A DNA stretch of 64,000 bases, from NCBI RefSeq assembly GCF_009914755.1, contig NC_060928.1; one strand, 5' to 3'. A model generated the notes under the pieces. That model did no database searches. It was not told where the DNA came from and saw only the letters and a program-made list of their open reading frames with translations. Each line of letters opens with the position of its first letter. The stretch's first letter is position 1. Source of the DNA: the human T2T-CHM13v2.0 reference genome, Homo sapiens. The translations under genes were made by a program, and so were the position numbers. This document shows positions 1 to 19,541 of the stretch, piece after piece.

Positions 1-564
1 GACCTTGATGTTCAGCAGAACCTCGTACTCCCGGGCCTGGTGTTACCCCTCTGCTCCTGTCTGTGTCAGCTCCAACTCCAGGTGCAGCAGGATCCAGTTG
101 AGAAGCTCCATCTGCAGAGCACAGGGGGCCTCCACCTCCCTCAGACTGGTCTCCAAGCTGGTCTTCAGATTTCTCATTGAGTCCAGGTTGATCTCCAAGG
201 ACTGGACTGTAAGTCTCAGCTCTGTGAGCATCATCTCAACAGCTCCAACCTCAGCGGACTGCGTGGTGACCACTGTGGTGCTCTCTTCAATCTGCTGAGA
301 CCAGTACTTGTCCAGCTCTTCTCAGGTCTTCTGAGTCACCTCGTCGTATTGGGCCAGGATGCCTGCCATGATCTTGGCAAGGTCCTGAGACTTGGGGGCA
401 TCTACTTCCAGGGTCAACCCAGAGCCTGCAATCTGGGCTTGTAGGCCTTTTACTTCCCTTTCATGGTTCTTCAGAAAGAACAGCTCCTCTTTGAGAGCCT
501 CGATCTCTGTCTCCAGGTACAGCCGAGAGACATTTCTGTCGTCAGTGACCCTGTGGAGCCCATG
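1..564 (-). pseudogene. KRT18P: Keratin 18 processed pseudogene, central rod region; continues off the left edge of the window
   Basis: Minus strand reads CATGGGCTCCACAGGGTCACTGACGAC...CTGGAGACAGAGATCGAGGCTCTCAAAGAGGAGCTG...GCCCAATACGACGAG. ORF 43..273 gives VTTQSAEVGAVEMMLTELRLTVQSLEINLDSMRNLKTSLETSLREVEA, matching KRT18 coil 2. No introns; frame is disrupted. Confidence 0.93.
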
Positions 565-1340
565 TGAGAGACAGGACTAGCTGGATTTCCTAAGCCGACT
601 AAGAATCCCTAAGCCTAGCTGGGTGCGTGACTGCATCCACCTTTAAACATGGGGCTTGCAACTTAGCTCACACCCGACCAATCAGGTAGTAAAGAGAGCT
701 CACTAAAATGATAATTAGGCAAAAACAGGAGGTAAAGAGATATCCAATCATCTATCGCCTGACAGCACAGTAGGAGGGACAATGATAGGGATATAAACCC
801 AGGCATTCGAGCCGACAACAGCTACCCTCTTTTGGTTCCCACCCATTTTATGGGAGCTCTGTTTTCACTCTATTAAATCTTGCAACTGCACACTCTTCTG
901 GTCCGTGTTTGTTACTGCTTGAGCTGAGCTTTTGCTCGCCATCCACCACTGCTGTTTGCCGCCGTCGCAGACCCGCCCCTGACTTCCATCCCTCTGGTTC
1001 CAGCAGGGTGTCCACTGTGCTACTGGTCCAGGGAGGCACCCATTGCCGCTCCCTGTCAGACTAAAGGCTTGCCATTGTTCCTGCATGTCTGAGTGCCCAG
1101 TTTCATCCTAATCGAGCCGAACATTAGTCACTAGTTTCCACGGTTCTCTTCCTTGACCCACGGCTTCTAATAGAGCTATAACACTCACCGCATGGCCCAA
1201 GATTCTATTCCTTGGAATCCGTGAGGCCAAGAACCCCAGGTCAGGGAACACGAGGCTTGCCACAATCTTCTAAGCAGCCCGCCGCCATCTTTGAAGCAGC
1301 CCCATCTTGGGAGCACTGGGAGCAAGGACCCCCGGTAACA
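565..1340 (+). mobile_element. Solitary HERV-W LTR (LTR17), about 776 bp
   Basis: Starts TGAGAGACAGGACTAGCTGGATTTCCTA and ends GCAAGGACCCCCGGTAACA. CCAAT boxes, TATA (atataaa ~791) and ATTAAA poly(A) signal (~872) are present. No PBS follows. Confidence 0.92.
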
Positions 1341-1574
1341 GTAACATTCATAGCTATTGGGTTGCCCTGATGATGTGAAGTGTTAACTAGGATCTCGGTC
1401 ATATTTCAAAGACTACTATTACTTCTAGAATCTTGTATTGCTTTAAGAACTTTGTTGCTTAGCAGTTCATTGAGCCAAGGAGTTTCTGCTAATTCAAGCT
1501 ATGCTGCTTCACTCTCTTGTTTCAAATATTCTTCCAGGAAAACCAGCTAGAACGTCACCGAGAAAGTCAACTCT

Positions 1575-2131
1575 TGTGTGGGAAATTTACATCTGTAGAG
1601 TCTCTTAGTACAACCAGCCAGGTCTTCCCTTTCTGAACTTTCCCCTGCATCTGGAGAGATTAACTAAAAGCCTGACACATTTAAAGTCTGAAAAGAGATA
1701 TTTCTCATCTATTCTGTCTGAAGGTCGCTACATATGAAGCTTCGTCTACATAACAAGAACCCTGGCCTCCACAACCCTCCCTATCTTAACTCAAGCATTT
1801 TTTTTTCTATTGATTTCAAGTATTTAGACAAAGCTTAACTCATTCAACCAATTGCCAGTCAGAAAAATCTGAATCTACCTATGACCTGTGAGCCTTCCAC
1901 TTCAATATATCCCACCACCTTAGGCCAAACAAATGTACACTTTACATGCATTGATTTGTAATTTTACCTGCAATTCTTGTCTCCCTAAAATGCATATGAC
2001 CAAACTGTAAGCTGACCACACTGGGCACACTTTCTCAGGACCTTCTGAGACTGTTCTCTTGGACATGGCCATTCATATTGGCTCAGAATAAACTTTAAAA
2101 TATTCTACAAAATTTGATTTTTTCGTTAACA
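1575..2131 (+). mobile_element. ERV1 LTR fragment, MER34/MER39-like
   Basis: ggaaatttacatctgtagag... ending ggctcagaataaactttaaaatattctacaaaatttgatttttttcgttaaca; family recalled from memory. Confidence 0.6.
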
Positions 2132-2400
2132 GGCCTTGATAATACATAATAATGTAATAATGTTTCACTTACAAATAATTAGAATTAAGGATTTTACTTC
2201 TTGTCTCAAAATGATAACAATAATATGAAATACTGATTATAAATTTTTGAGGTTTATCAAGCTTATATTGCTATATGAAATGAATTAAATAATTAGATAA
2301 AGAGGTAAGAAACATCTAGAGTAAATTTAAAAGGTGAAACCACCATTGCAAAATTATAACGAGACAGTGAGAGTTCTGACCCAACCAACTCCATATTGCT

Positions 2401-2787
2401 TTTTTTAAGAGTAAAAGTAGTATTTATTAAATACCTGTTGCTTGATTTGCAAATTTGAACTCCACTGTTTGTTTGATTTCCTAAGTCCCGCAATATAAAT
2501 GGTTATCTAAAAAAAAAGAATCATTTTTCCTTTTTTCTTTTTTGTAAATTAAACCAATTTTTATTAACTTGGTGCAATTGTTTACATTCATTTTATATAT
2601 ACATATGTTTATTTGCATAGTTTTAATCAATGGTTAATATGTCATTAATGTTTTCATTTATATATTTTATCACAAACTGATTCCTTTTTTTATAACTTTA
2701 AGAGTTTTTTTTGTTTGTTTGTTTTTTAAATAAGAAATGTAGCATTGTAAAAAAAAAAAAAAAAGCCAAACAAACATACAGGTACAA
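2401..2787 (-). other. Putative L1 3'-transduced flanking sequence (non-L1 DNA between two poly(A) tails, inside the TSD)
   Basis: Lies between the left TSD plus T-tract (2391-2406) and the L1's own T-tail (~2788-2817). Minus-strand AATAAA at 2423-2428 and 2560-2565, each 16 nt from a T-tract. Confidence 0.7.
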
Positions 2788-9932
<7,145 letters not shown>

Positions 9933-10297
9933 CCATCTTGCTTCTGTTAATAATCTCCAGTGGTCCTTGTTCATTCCAAAGGTAGTTACACCCAACTAAC
10001 TTTGGGAGGAACTTAGTTTATTGTTTAAAACAAAGACAGTAACAATCCTTTCCCGAAATAAACCCCCTTCTTACCCAGGGACTAAACTGCCTTTGTAGGA
10101 CTAACAATTTAGCCACAACATTAGAAATTATGGTTTAGGAGTCATGCAGCTGGAGGCTACAAGATTCTGACCCTCCTCTCATTGCTCCTGGGGATAACAT
10201 CACTATTATAAAACCTAAGATCATTGCTTGAGATATTTTGCAGACCCTGCACTTGATGGATCAGCTGGCACCACCATATCAATAAACTGGCTCATGT

Positions 10298-11194
10298 TGA
10301 TAGTGGCAGGAGGCAGGCTAACACCTAGAAAAATAGGGGCGGGTCCCAAGTAAAACTCCACCTTTGAGCCAATTAACAGCCTGGACTACTGGTTCCAGAT
10401 AAAATACATGACCCAGAGTGAGAACTTCTCTTCCTGTTTGCCTGCCCTTTCCCAACTGTTGTTTCTGAATAATGCTTTTTAACCAATTGAATGTTACCTT
10501 TTCCTGTACTACCTGCAGCCCACCACCTCCCATCCTATGCCTATAAGAACCCCCAGGCTCAGCCACACTGAGAGAAATGACCCCACCTTCCCATCTCCTC
10601 TCTGCTGAAAGCTGTTTCATTGGTCAATAAAATTATCCATCCTCATCCCTTTAATTGTCAGCATAACCTCCTGACAAGAGCTCAGAACAACCAAACACAG
10701 GTACCTAGAAAGACTGTAACACTGGCCCTCTGCCTTCACCAGAAGAAGGCAACCACCCCATGTCATAGGAGCAGCAGTGAAGCTGAGCCAGTCCCAGAGC
10801 CATGGGTCAGAATGGGATATGGGGTTGACTGAGCTGCTAACACGCCACCATCTGTTGAGCTGCAGATGACAGAACTAAAAGAAGTAATTAGCACACTGTA
10901 ATTCCCTATTTTGGGCTTTGGGGTTGCAGACACCCCTGCCTGTTGGGCACTTCCATGTTGCCCTCAGGGTGATACTCCTGATCTTGCTGTGGGCCCTGCA
11001 TGGAGCCTACTCATGCAGCACTCTGAGTGTCAGCACTCGGAGTGACTGGCTGGATCCTGCACTCACTCGCTCACATGCTCCCTCCCGCCAGGGGCTGAGT
11101 ATACAATCACAGTGGCTGCAGGCTGGAGCACAAGCCAGAGGTTGCCTGGGTAGACAGGAGCTCCCTGCTGTGAGCCTAGCAAAAATTTTCATCA
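10298..11194 (+). mobile_element. ERV1 solo LTR of the LTR27/LTR28/LTR1 group inserted in LTR8
   Basis: Starts TGATAGTGGCAGGAGGCAGG...ATAGGGGCGGGTCCC and ends ttttcatca. LTR8 sequence ctcat|ctgatcttgtg is interrupted; degenerate TSD atgt/ttct. Confidence 0.75.
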
Positions 11195-13101
11195 TTCTGA
11201 TCTTGTGACCCCCCACCCAGGAATGACTCAGTGCAAGAGGAAAGCTTTAACTCCCTATAATTTCATCTCCAACAGAACCAATCATCACTCCTGACTCACT
11301 GGGCACCTCCATCCACCAAATTATCTTTAAAAACTCGGATCCACAAATGCTTGTGAGGCTAATTTGAGTAATGATAAAACTCTGTTCTCCTACACAGCCA
11401 GCTCTGTGTGAATAACTCTTTCTCTACTGCAATTCTGCTGTCTTGATAAATCATCTCTCTCCAGGCAATGAGTAAGGTGAACCCGTTAGGCAGTTACAAA
11501 GGCTTCTTGGGAGGTATTCATGTCACTTACACAAACGCGAAGTGAACTTCAAATGTAAACTCTCTTGGAAACAGAAAATGACATATTATGTAAAATTGAT
11601 AAAAATTGATAAGTTAAAAGGTGTTTAAGTCTACATCTCTAACTTTTTGGCTTGTTTTTTTGCCAGTTCAGGTAGCCTCTGATGTACCTTTGTTGATTCC
11701 TGTACTTCTTGGTAATTTAAGAGGAGATGCTTTATATAAAGCAAAATCATCTTTTTTCTCCAAATGCATTATTTCTTATGTGAGTTTATTGTCTGGATGA
11801 CACATATTCATAACATGCAGTATGTGAAATATTAACTACTCCAAAAATGTATTTATATTTTTTCTCACTCTATACAAATATCTTTTCTTTAGAACTCCGT
11901 GAACTGTATTGTATTATTTTCTAATATCTTTAACTTATTTTACATCGCTCATCATTTCATCTCTAAAATTGAATCAAAAGCAATGAATTCTTTAAAATAT
12001 TTGCTGCATTTAATTATACCTGAAATATGAGTGGATTTCAAAAGGCACCTCCAAAGTTAGGTGCAATTAAATTGAGCAATTTATTCACATAAAAAATGAA
12101 TAGAAACAGACACTTTGTATCTTTATGTGCATACTATCTAACATTACTCACTTTATCTTATTTATGACTACACTTAGGCAAAGATCAGTGCCCATTTTTA
12201 TGTAGATCAATGCTCCCTTGATTTTTAAACATCAACCTTAAAGAGAAAATGTTGAGTCATAATGATATTTATTGTCACCTTAGTGGTTTTACATACAAAA
12301 TTCATTTCAGAGTAGTTATGCACACAAATTTTGTTATTATTTTATTAACATGTACATTTCTTAGAGTGTAATTTTTAACTCTGAATAATCAATAACAGAT
12401 TAACACTGGCCTAAATGGTATGTATTTCTTACCATTGCAGTTGAAATCATCATTTTATTATATGTTACCTCTAGATTGATCTCTTTTGTTCTGTGGACAT
12501 TCACAGTTATTTGAGTGCATAAATGAATAACTGAATATGTGTTCTGGTTTTCTCAATGACTGATTCATGAAGTAACTTGGAAACCCCTGGGATATTACAT
12601 TGAACTAATGAATTTTTCATTAGAGGTCCTTTTTTAACTTTTTATCTCTTGAGTAAATACTTAAGTTTAAATCTAGCATTCACCAAGCAGCTTACTGTTC
12701 GTTCTTATGTTAATGAGAAGGCTAATTGCAAATTTCCCTAGGTAATCTCAATGTCAATTATTCATGAATCACTGACAACAGACATGACATTTTCAAATGA
12801 CAGCTTTCAATCCTTTTGTTTACAAGTTTAAATATATGCAGGGTGATGTAAAAGACTTCAAACACTAAAGTTGCCAAAAAGTAAGTTTAGAAGGAAAGAT
12901 AATAACATTTCTGCAATCAGAATACCTTATATGTTGGTTTTGAATTTATTTATGGTGAACATAGTTTGTAACATAAAGGACTTTAAGGAGAAAAAAGGAA
13001 ACATTATTTCAAGTTTCTCTTTAATTATCTTATTGAATTGGTGATCTTGAATGAAAGATATTTCATCCTAAAAATATTCCATCTAATTGATATGTGATGT
13101 G

Positions 13102-13104
<3 letters not shown>

Positions 13105-13140
<36 letters not shown>
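13105..13140. repeat. (TG)n microsatellite
   Basis: About 18 perfect TG units. Confidence 0.95.
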
Positions 13141-13141
<1 letters not shown>

Positions 13142-13715
13142 CTTTTCTTCTGAGTAACAAATAAGATTATAAGATTAAATTGCAATACAAATTAATACAA
13201 GAACACTAAGTGAAATTTGCCTTTATGATACTTTCACGTCTTTTCTCTAAATAGTTGATTCTTCTATAGCTAGAGTTGTAAATGCTTCTATTTGTGGCAT
13301 TTGTTTATACTCATGTTGATATATTTATATCATGATATATCATTTTGAAAGATAAATTTATCTGTAGCAATAACTGTTTACCATGAAAATTCCAAATACT
13401 TGCATTTCTCTGGGACAATTTTATGTTTGCCCCTCACTGTCTCTGAGGTTTCTTGGGTTTTTAGAATATTCTTAATAGTTTTGTGGTTTAGAATCTTCTA
13501 GAATTGAATTTAAAATTTGTATTCTACACTTTTGCACTTTTTTGGCTCAGGTTCTTTTTTCTTTCTTAGAACATAATTAGACCAGGAGGCAGAGTTTTTC
13601 TGGTCCCCATTTCAAACATTCATACCTTCCTAAAAATATGAGTCCATTGACTTGAACTTCCAACCCAGAATATTTTTAAAAACATTATATTTAAGCAGCT
13701 TTCCTATGGCATAGC

Positions 13716-13768
13716 GTGTGTGTGTGTGTGTGTATGTGTGTATGTGTGTGTGTGTTTATGTGTGTGTA
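13716..13768. repeat. Imperfect (TG)n microsatellite
   Basis: gtgtgtgtgtgtgtgtgtatgtgtgtatgtgtg... Confidence 0.9.
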
Positions 13769-13890
13769 TATGCATGCATTTATGTAAAGGGTTCCTTCCA
13801 AATTTTTATGCCATACTGATTATAAATTCAAATAATATTAAAAAGTTATTTCAAGGATCTTTATAGCGACAACTAAGAAAAAACAGTGTG

Positions 13891-14375
13891 TGAAAAGGCA
13901 AAATTACAACAAATTTAATTTAAAGTTCTCAGTTGTCTTGATTTGAGATTTTAGAATGGGACAACACTTGATTCAATAAAATGGAACAAGTGTTCCTATC
14001 AGTTAAGCAAAGGAGGTTAGCTTTATAGACAGAAACAGGACAGAAGAATGCAGAAACAAAGAGTAAAAAGCAGATTAGTCATTTTGGAGTTACTCTCCTT
14101 ATAAGACAGGGGCAAGAGAACAATAACTAACATCAAGTTACTGCAGGTTAAGGATTAAAACCAAGAGAACTTCATTATCATGCAGATTGACACTGGCCTG
14201 TTTATTAAATCAGGCTGTTATCTCTCTCTCTCCTGATTTCTCAAAAGGTTCAGTTTCAGTTTGAAGACATGAACTTCAGCATGAGTGACTCCATTTTGAT
14301 TTTCAGTTTGGTCTGTTGGGACCTAGTGCAGGAGCTTAGTCCAAAGCAATGGCCTCCTATAGTTTCTATTTAATA
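13891..14375 (-). mobile_element. ERV1 LTR, MER31/MER67-like
   Basis: Minus strand reads ctataggaggccattgctttggactaagctcctgcactaggtcccaacagacc...aaaatggagtcactcatgct. Confidence 0.65.
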
Positions 14376-14505
14376 CTGGTTTGATACCATGATAAGAAAA
14401 AATATTTTTCAAGGTATAAAAATGTTTAACTGCATATTTTTTAATGAAACAAAAGGTGAAAGAATATTTTTGGTAAAGATTAAATAAAATATTAAAAGTC
14501 TACCC

Positions 14506-15249
14506 TGTACCAGGTGTGCTGCAACCAGCTTCTGCCGTGGGCAGTGGCATCTGGACGAGAGGAATGCTGTTGTGCCCCAAAACTCAGAGATACCAGCTCT
14601 CCCACTGTTCACAGCCCAGTGATCAGGGGCGTGTCATAGCTTCTTTGTTTCTGCTGTCAGTGGCCTAGTGAAAGGGGTGGTGTTACAGCTCTGGCTTGGG
14701 GAGCTCTGAGGTCTGGGCCCTCCGAAGTTTCACCACTCTTCACTCCCATAGTCCGGTCACTGCCTATAGCTCAGCAAGCTGACTAGGGACATGTTATAGC
14801 CCTTTTCGTTCCTGACATTCAGTAGGTTCTGGGTTCCTGTCTCACAACCAAGAAAAATGAGGTTACATAGACACTGGAGTGTGGGCAACGCAGGGAAAAA
14901 TTTTGAGTGACAGAAGGAAAGCCCTCAGCAGAGAAGAGACTCAAGAGTGGGTGGCCATCTGGGTGACAGGGGACCTGAAAGCAGGTAGTTCAACATGTGG
15001 CTGAGTCCGCGGTTGTTATGGGTGCGGCTTAGGGGAGTGTGTGCTGAGTAGTTCATGGGCAGGCCTGGAAAAAGCACCATTTGACTGGCTATAAGGCGTC
15101 AATGAAGTTCTCACTCAGGTCAGTCATGAACTGCATCCAGAACTGGTAGCTGGGTTTTCAGGTTTCAGGATGTTTTGGGCTTGAAGGTCAGGTTTCACTG
15201 AGGATCTGCCTTGTTTGTCTAGGAATTTGTCTGTCTCCTGCCACTATCA
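14506..15249 (-). mobile_element. ERV1 solo LTR of the LTR27/LTR28/MER61 group
   Basis: Minus start TGATAGTGGCAGGAGACAGACAAATTCCTAG...GTGAAACCTGACCTTCAAGCC, similar to the element at 10298. No clear TSD. Confidence 0.7.
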
Positions 15250-15599
15250 AAATGTTAAATAGTAACTTATGTCCTCTAAACCCTGTATTTAGCCATATTT
15301 CCATTAAGTATTTGCTTAACTCCGTGTTTTCATGATTTTTAATTTTTGTTTTCTGCTATTTGTGGTCTTCTAGCTTTTCCCATTATAAATTATTAGTGAA
15401 ACATTTTTTTCAGACCTCTATTATTATACTTTTAATGCCACTGCCATTTTATATATACAAAATTAATGTTTTAGATATTTTATATAATGATTTTTTTCAT
15501 GGGAAGAAAGATGATGTTTTTAACTTACCATTCAAAAATAATAGCAAAAATACATAGCTAAATGCCTACCATATTCAAGATTAGAATCATTCTATATTT

Positions 15600-15735
15600 G
15601 AATACTTTATATACTTTGAAGGTTACATATCACTGTGTCTTTCTAATGAGATAATGAGACTTGGAGAGTGTAAAGAATTTTCTCAAAGTCCCATAGCTAA
15701 TAACTGTATGAGCATGTGTTCAAATCATGACCACC
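15600..15735 (+). mobile_element. MIR fragment
   Basis: atgagacttggagagtgtaaagaattttctcaaagtcccatagctaataac resembles the MIR core. Confidence 0.45.
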
Positions 15736-16155
15736 CTAAAAACAATGACTATGTGCTTGCTTTCTCACGCTCATGCTGGGTAAACTGAATAAAGCTTTCT
15801 TATACAGGAACCCATACCTAAAATGCATGTCTGAGTCTCAATAACAGCATAGCAAATTAATCAAATCCACTATTTATTTAGCTCACTTAATTTACTCAAT
15901 TCAGTATTTCAACATAATGCTTTTTACTCCAACTATACCAAACAACTTTCTAATTTCTAATTCATCCCCATGTTCCACACTTCTGAGCTTTTCTATAAAA
16001 ACCTCATGAAGAAAGATCATTTGTCCTTTGTATATCTAATATAACTCATCCTAAACTTTCAGTCATGTCACCAAAAACGAACCCACCCTCCTACAATATG
16101 TATATAGATTTCCATTATCTACCTAAATCTTACTGCCTTGTGTCTTGGAGTTGAC

Positions 16156-16186
<31 letters not shown>

Positions 16187-17189
16187 GGAATCTTTCTCTC
16201 TTAGAGAGAAAGGTCCTTATCTTGATTGACTTTGCAGCTAGACTGCATAGTATTTCATACACAGTGGCCTTCAGCAAGTTTGTGTTGAATGAATACATGG
16301 ATTGTGCTGCTGTTCTTCATCACTCATTTCTATTTGTAGCCATGTTTACAAGTTATCACCATCTATGCCACTTTCCTTGTTACCCTGGGTATTTAACAAT
16401 GCCTTATGTTTGCCAACCACGTGATAAATCACCTGGGTATACTAATGCTACAGCATTAATCTAGCATTATTCTGGTTCTCTCCCTCTTGTCTCAATGTTG
16501 CACTTTAACTCTGAGCTTTGGGGAATGTAACCTTTGGCATAGAACCACAGTTTTAATTACCTCACTCTTTACATTAATGGTCTTCCACGGAGTGTTCAAT
16601 GACCACAGAGCTACAAGGTCATGCATTCTTCAGTTTGTATATTCTATTAGGATTTATGAAACACATTGGTCACCCAGACCAGAAATCAAGATGGCCACCA
16701 TGGTTACTACAGCATCTCTGAAGGTAGAATATTAAAACAAAAGAGATTAAAGTGAAAAGTTAAAAGACACTTTTTTTATCCTATTCTCCTTATTTCTCCT
16801 TAGAAACTGAAGCGTATGCATATTTATACATATAAACACTCCCTTACCTGTATTGCATTTTGAATAAAGAAGTACTGCAAGTGAGTGATGTGTGTTTGTG
16901 TATGTGTGTGCATATTTGTGCATTTTGTCACGCCATAGTTGTTTCTTTTGTTTAAAGACAAAAAGAAATGTACATGTACTCTGAAGGAAAGTAATGGACT
17001 CATTCTGATTGCCACGTTTCTCTTATTTCTCTGAAATGTGATTTACCTTGTTTCAGTCTTCTCTGTTACAAACAAACAGGATATGAAGTGTTATTTATCA
17101 AACTGTTACCCTTATATTAAAAGTTCCTTAACACTTTATTTTAATAATGAATCTATGTGACATAGCATTATTAGTTTCATGAAATATAA

Positions 17190-17365
17190 TTGAGTTGGGA
17201 TCAGTGTATTTAAGTGGTTAAGTATATGGATAAGGGATCAGAGAGAACCTAACTCAAATGTCATCTCCAAAGCTCAGATGTGGTATGTCTTTGAGAAATA
17301 TTCCTGAATTCTACTTGTTTTCTCATCTAAGTGAGAGTATTATAATAGAAATCTTCATACTAGGC
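17190..17365 (-). mobile_element. MIR fragment
   Basis: gtggttaagtatatgga...tgttttctcatctaagtgagagtattataatag. Confidence 0.45.
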
Positions 17366-17919
17366 AACCTCAGTGAAACATGAAAACAATCCAAGGGAAA
17401 CTCAGCCAGAAATTGTTGTAAAGAAAACAAATTCCAAATGCTGACCCTGTATTGCATCCCTCTCCTCTCCCTGCATACCCCCCCAACTCTTTCCTAAAAT
17501 TGATCTGGTGGAGAAAATGCCAGTGATTAAGGCCCCATGGGCTTTCCTTTCTCATCTCCTCTTTCACAATTTCCTTTCTTACACCTTAGAAGAGAAATTT
17601 ATTTCCTTACCCACATGGAAACTTACCAGGTTACACTGCTTGGGTGAAAAAACTGCAGGTCATGAAAAGAGATAGCAGAAAATACTGATCACTCCTCTGA
17701 TTGAAGCAACAAGTTTGTCCCTATGCATTTACATTAAGAAATGCATTTAAAATAGAATTTTACTTTTTATGTTTAATAATCATTTACCCAAATTTGTACT
17801 ATATTTATACATTTGAATAATTAGATCCAAATAGTTATTATGAAGTTCAATGTTAGAAAGAAATGTATATGATTGAAAATTCAACAACATTAATTGTAAT
17901 TTAGGTAGATATTTGTGTT

Positions 17920-18336
17920 TGATATTGTTTGGATGTTTTAACCTCCAAATCTCATGTTGAAATGTGACCCCAGTGTTGGAGGTGATGCCTGGTAGGAAGT
18001 GTTAGATCATGGGGACAGATCCCTCATGAATGGCTTAGCACCAGTCCTTGTTGATGAGTGCAGTTCTTGCTCTGTTAGTTCGTGTAACATCTGGTTGTTT
18101 AAAAGAGTGTGGCACCTTCCCCCAATTCTCTCTCTCTCCCACTCTCATTATGTGATAAGCCTGTTTCCCCTTTGCCTTCTGCCATGATTGGAAGCTTCTT
18201 GATGCCCTCACCAGGAGCAGATGCTGGGGCTATGGTTGTACAGCTTGCAAAATTGTGAGTCAATTTAATCTCTTTTCTGTATAAATTACCCAGCCTCAGG
18301 TATTACTTTATAGCAATGCAAGAATGAACTAATACA
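17920..18336 (+). mobile_element. MaLR solo LTR (MSTB-like)
   Basis: tgatattgtttggatg...ctccaaatctcatgttgaaatgtgaccccagtgttggagg...aattacccagcctcaggtatt...actaataca. 5-bp TSD GTGTT at 17915-17919 and 18337-18341. Confidence 0.9.
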
Positions 18337-18847
18337 GTGTTGCAGAATAGTTGATATAGTGATTGATATGATTTTCAACCATAAATATAATTAGTACCAG
18401 ATAATAAAATCTGTAAGAAAAAAGTGTTAATATGATTTAAAGAGAAAATTAAGGCATACGATTGTCAATTGTTAATAAAGAGCTTTTTATTTTTTAAATA
18501 ATAATTGGTGTCAAATTACTATGGTATTTATATTTTATTGGATACATTTAAAACAATGATGTCAATATATATTTAATTTGTTCATAGATTTGCTGCTGTA
18601 GTTACATGATGTAGTGTGTATAAAGTGAATAGCACAGAACCTTAACACCTATTAAATACTCAAATATGTTAGTTATTATTTTTAAAATGTAAACTAACTA
18701 TATATAGTTAATTTTAGAATAATGTGAAATGTAAAAAAGACATTTAAGTATCATCTAATAATATCACAAAATAAACAGTACTGTTTTCCCTTAGTCAAAC
18801 ATATTATAAAAAAACATGTAGACCAACCTTTTTCACACCAGGGATCC

Positions 18848-19185
18848 CAGTTGTCCCCAACCTTTTTGGAACCAGGGCTCAGTTTCATGGAAGACAGTTT
18901 TTCCATGGATGGTGAGGGGTGGGGATGGTTTTGAAATGAAACTCTTCCACCTCAGATCATCAGGCATTAGATTCTCATAAGGAGCACACAACCTAGATTC
19001 CTCAAATGCATAGTTCACAATAGGGTACACGCTCCTATGAGAATCTAATGCCACTTCTGATCTGACAGGAGGCAGAGATAAGGAAGTAATTCTCACTCAC
19101 CCACTGCTCACTCCTGCTGTGTGGCCCAGTTCCTAATAGGCCACAGACAAGTACTGGTTCATGGCCCCAGGGATAGGGACCCTTG
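18848..19185 (-). mobile_element. MER1B non-autonomous hAT-Charlie DNA transposon
   Basis: Termini cagttgtccccaaccttttt...gggacccttg; internal inverted pair ggcattagattctcata / tatgagaatctaatgcc. Confidence 0.88.
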
Positions 19186-19541
19186 ATGTAGACAACATAT
19201 ATTGAGAATAATATTTATCTTCAAAGTATAACATTAATCATTTATCTTTACAAACTTGTAATCATAAAGTTATGTGAGTATTGAATATGTATGTTTTGGT
19301 CTCCTCAACACTATTTACCTCACACATCTTAAATATTGCTTCCTTTTTCCTTAAAGAAATTGTTATCCTCAACTGTTTCCAGAAGTTTCAGGTGGAGTTG
19401 CCTATTACAGCCCCATGATCACCACTCTGTGTCCTTGCTTTAGGACTCAGAGTCTCCATAATATTTTTTAGTCTAGGGATATGCAAATGAACCAGACCAG
19501 ATTAATTTATATCCTCCCTGGGAGTTTTTAAGTGGGGTTGA

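Noticed and set aside
1-564. Functional keratin gene
   Set aside because: Intronless, frame-disrupted and missing the 5' part.
18960-19055. Hairpin suggesting a miRNA or ncRNA
   Set aside because: The inverted pair ggcattagattctcata / tatgagaatctaatgcc is an intrinsic feature of MER1B.
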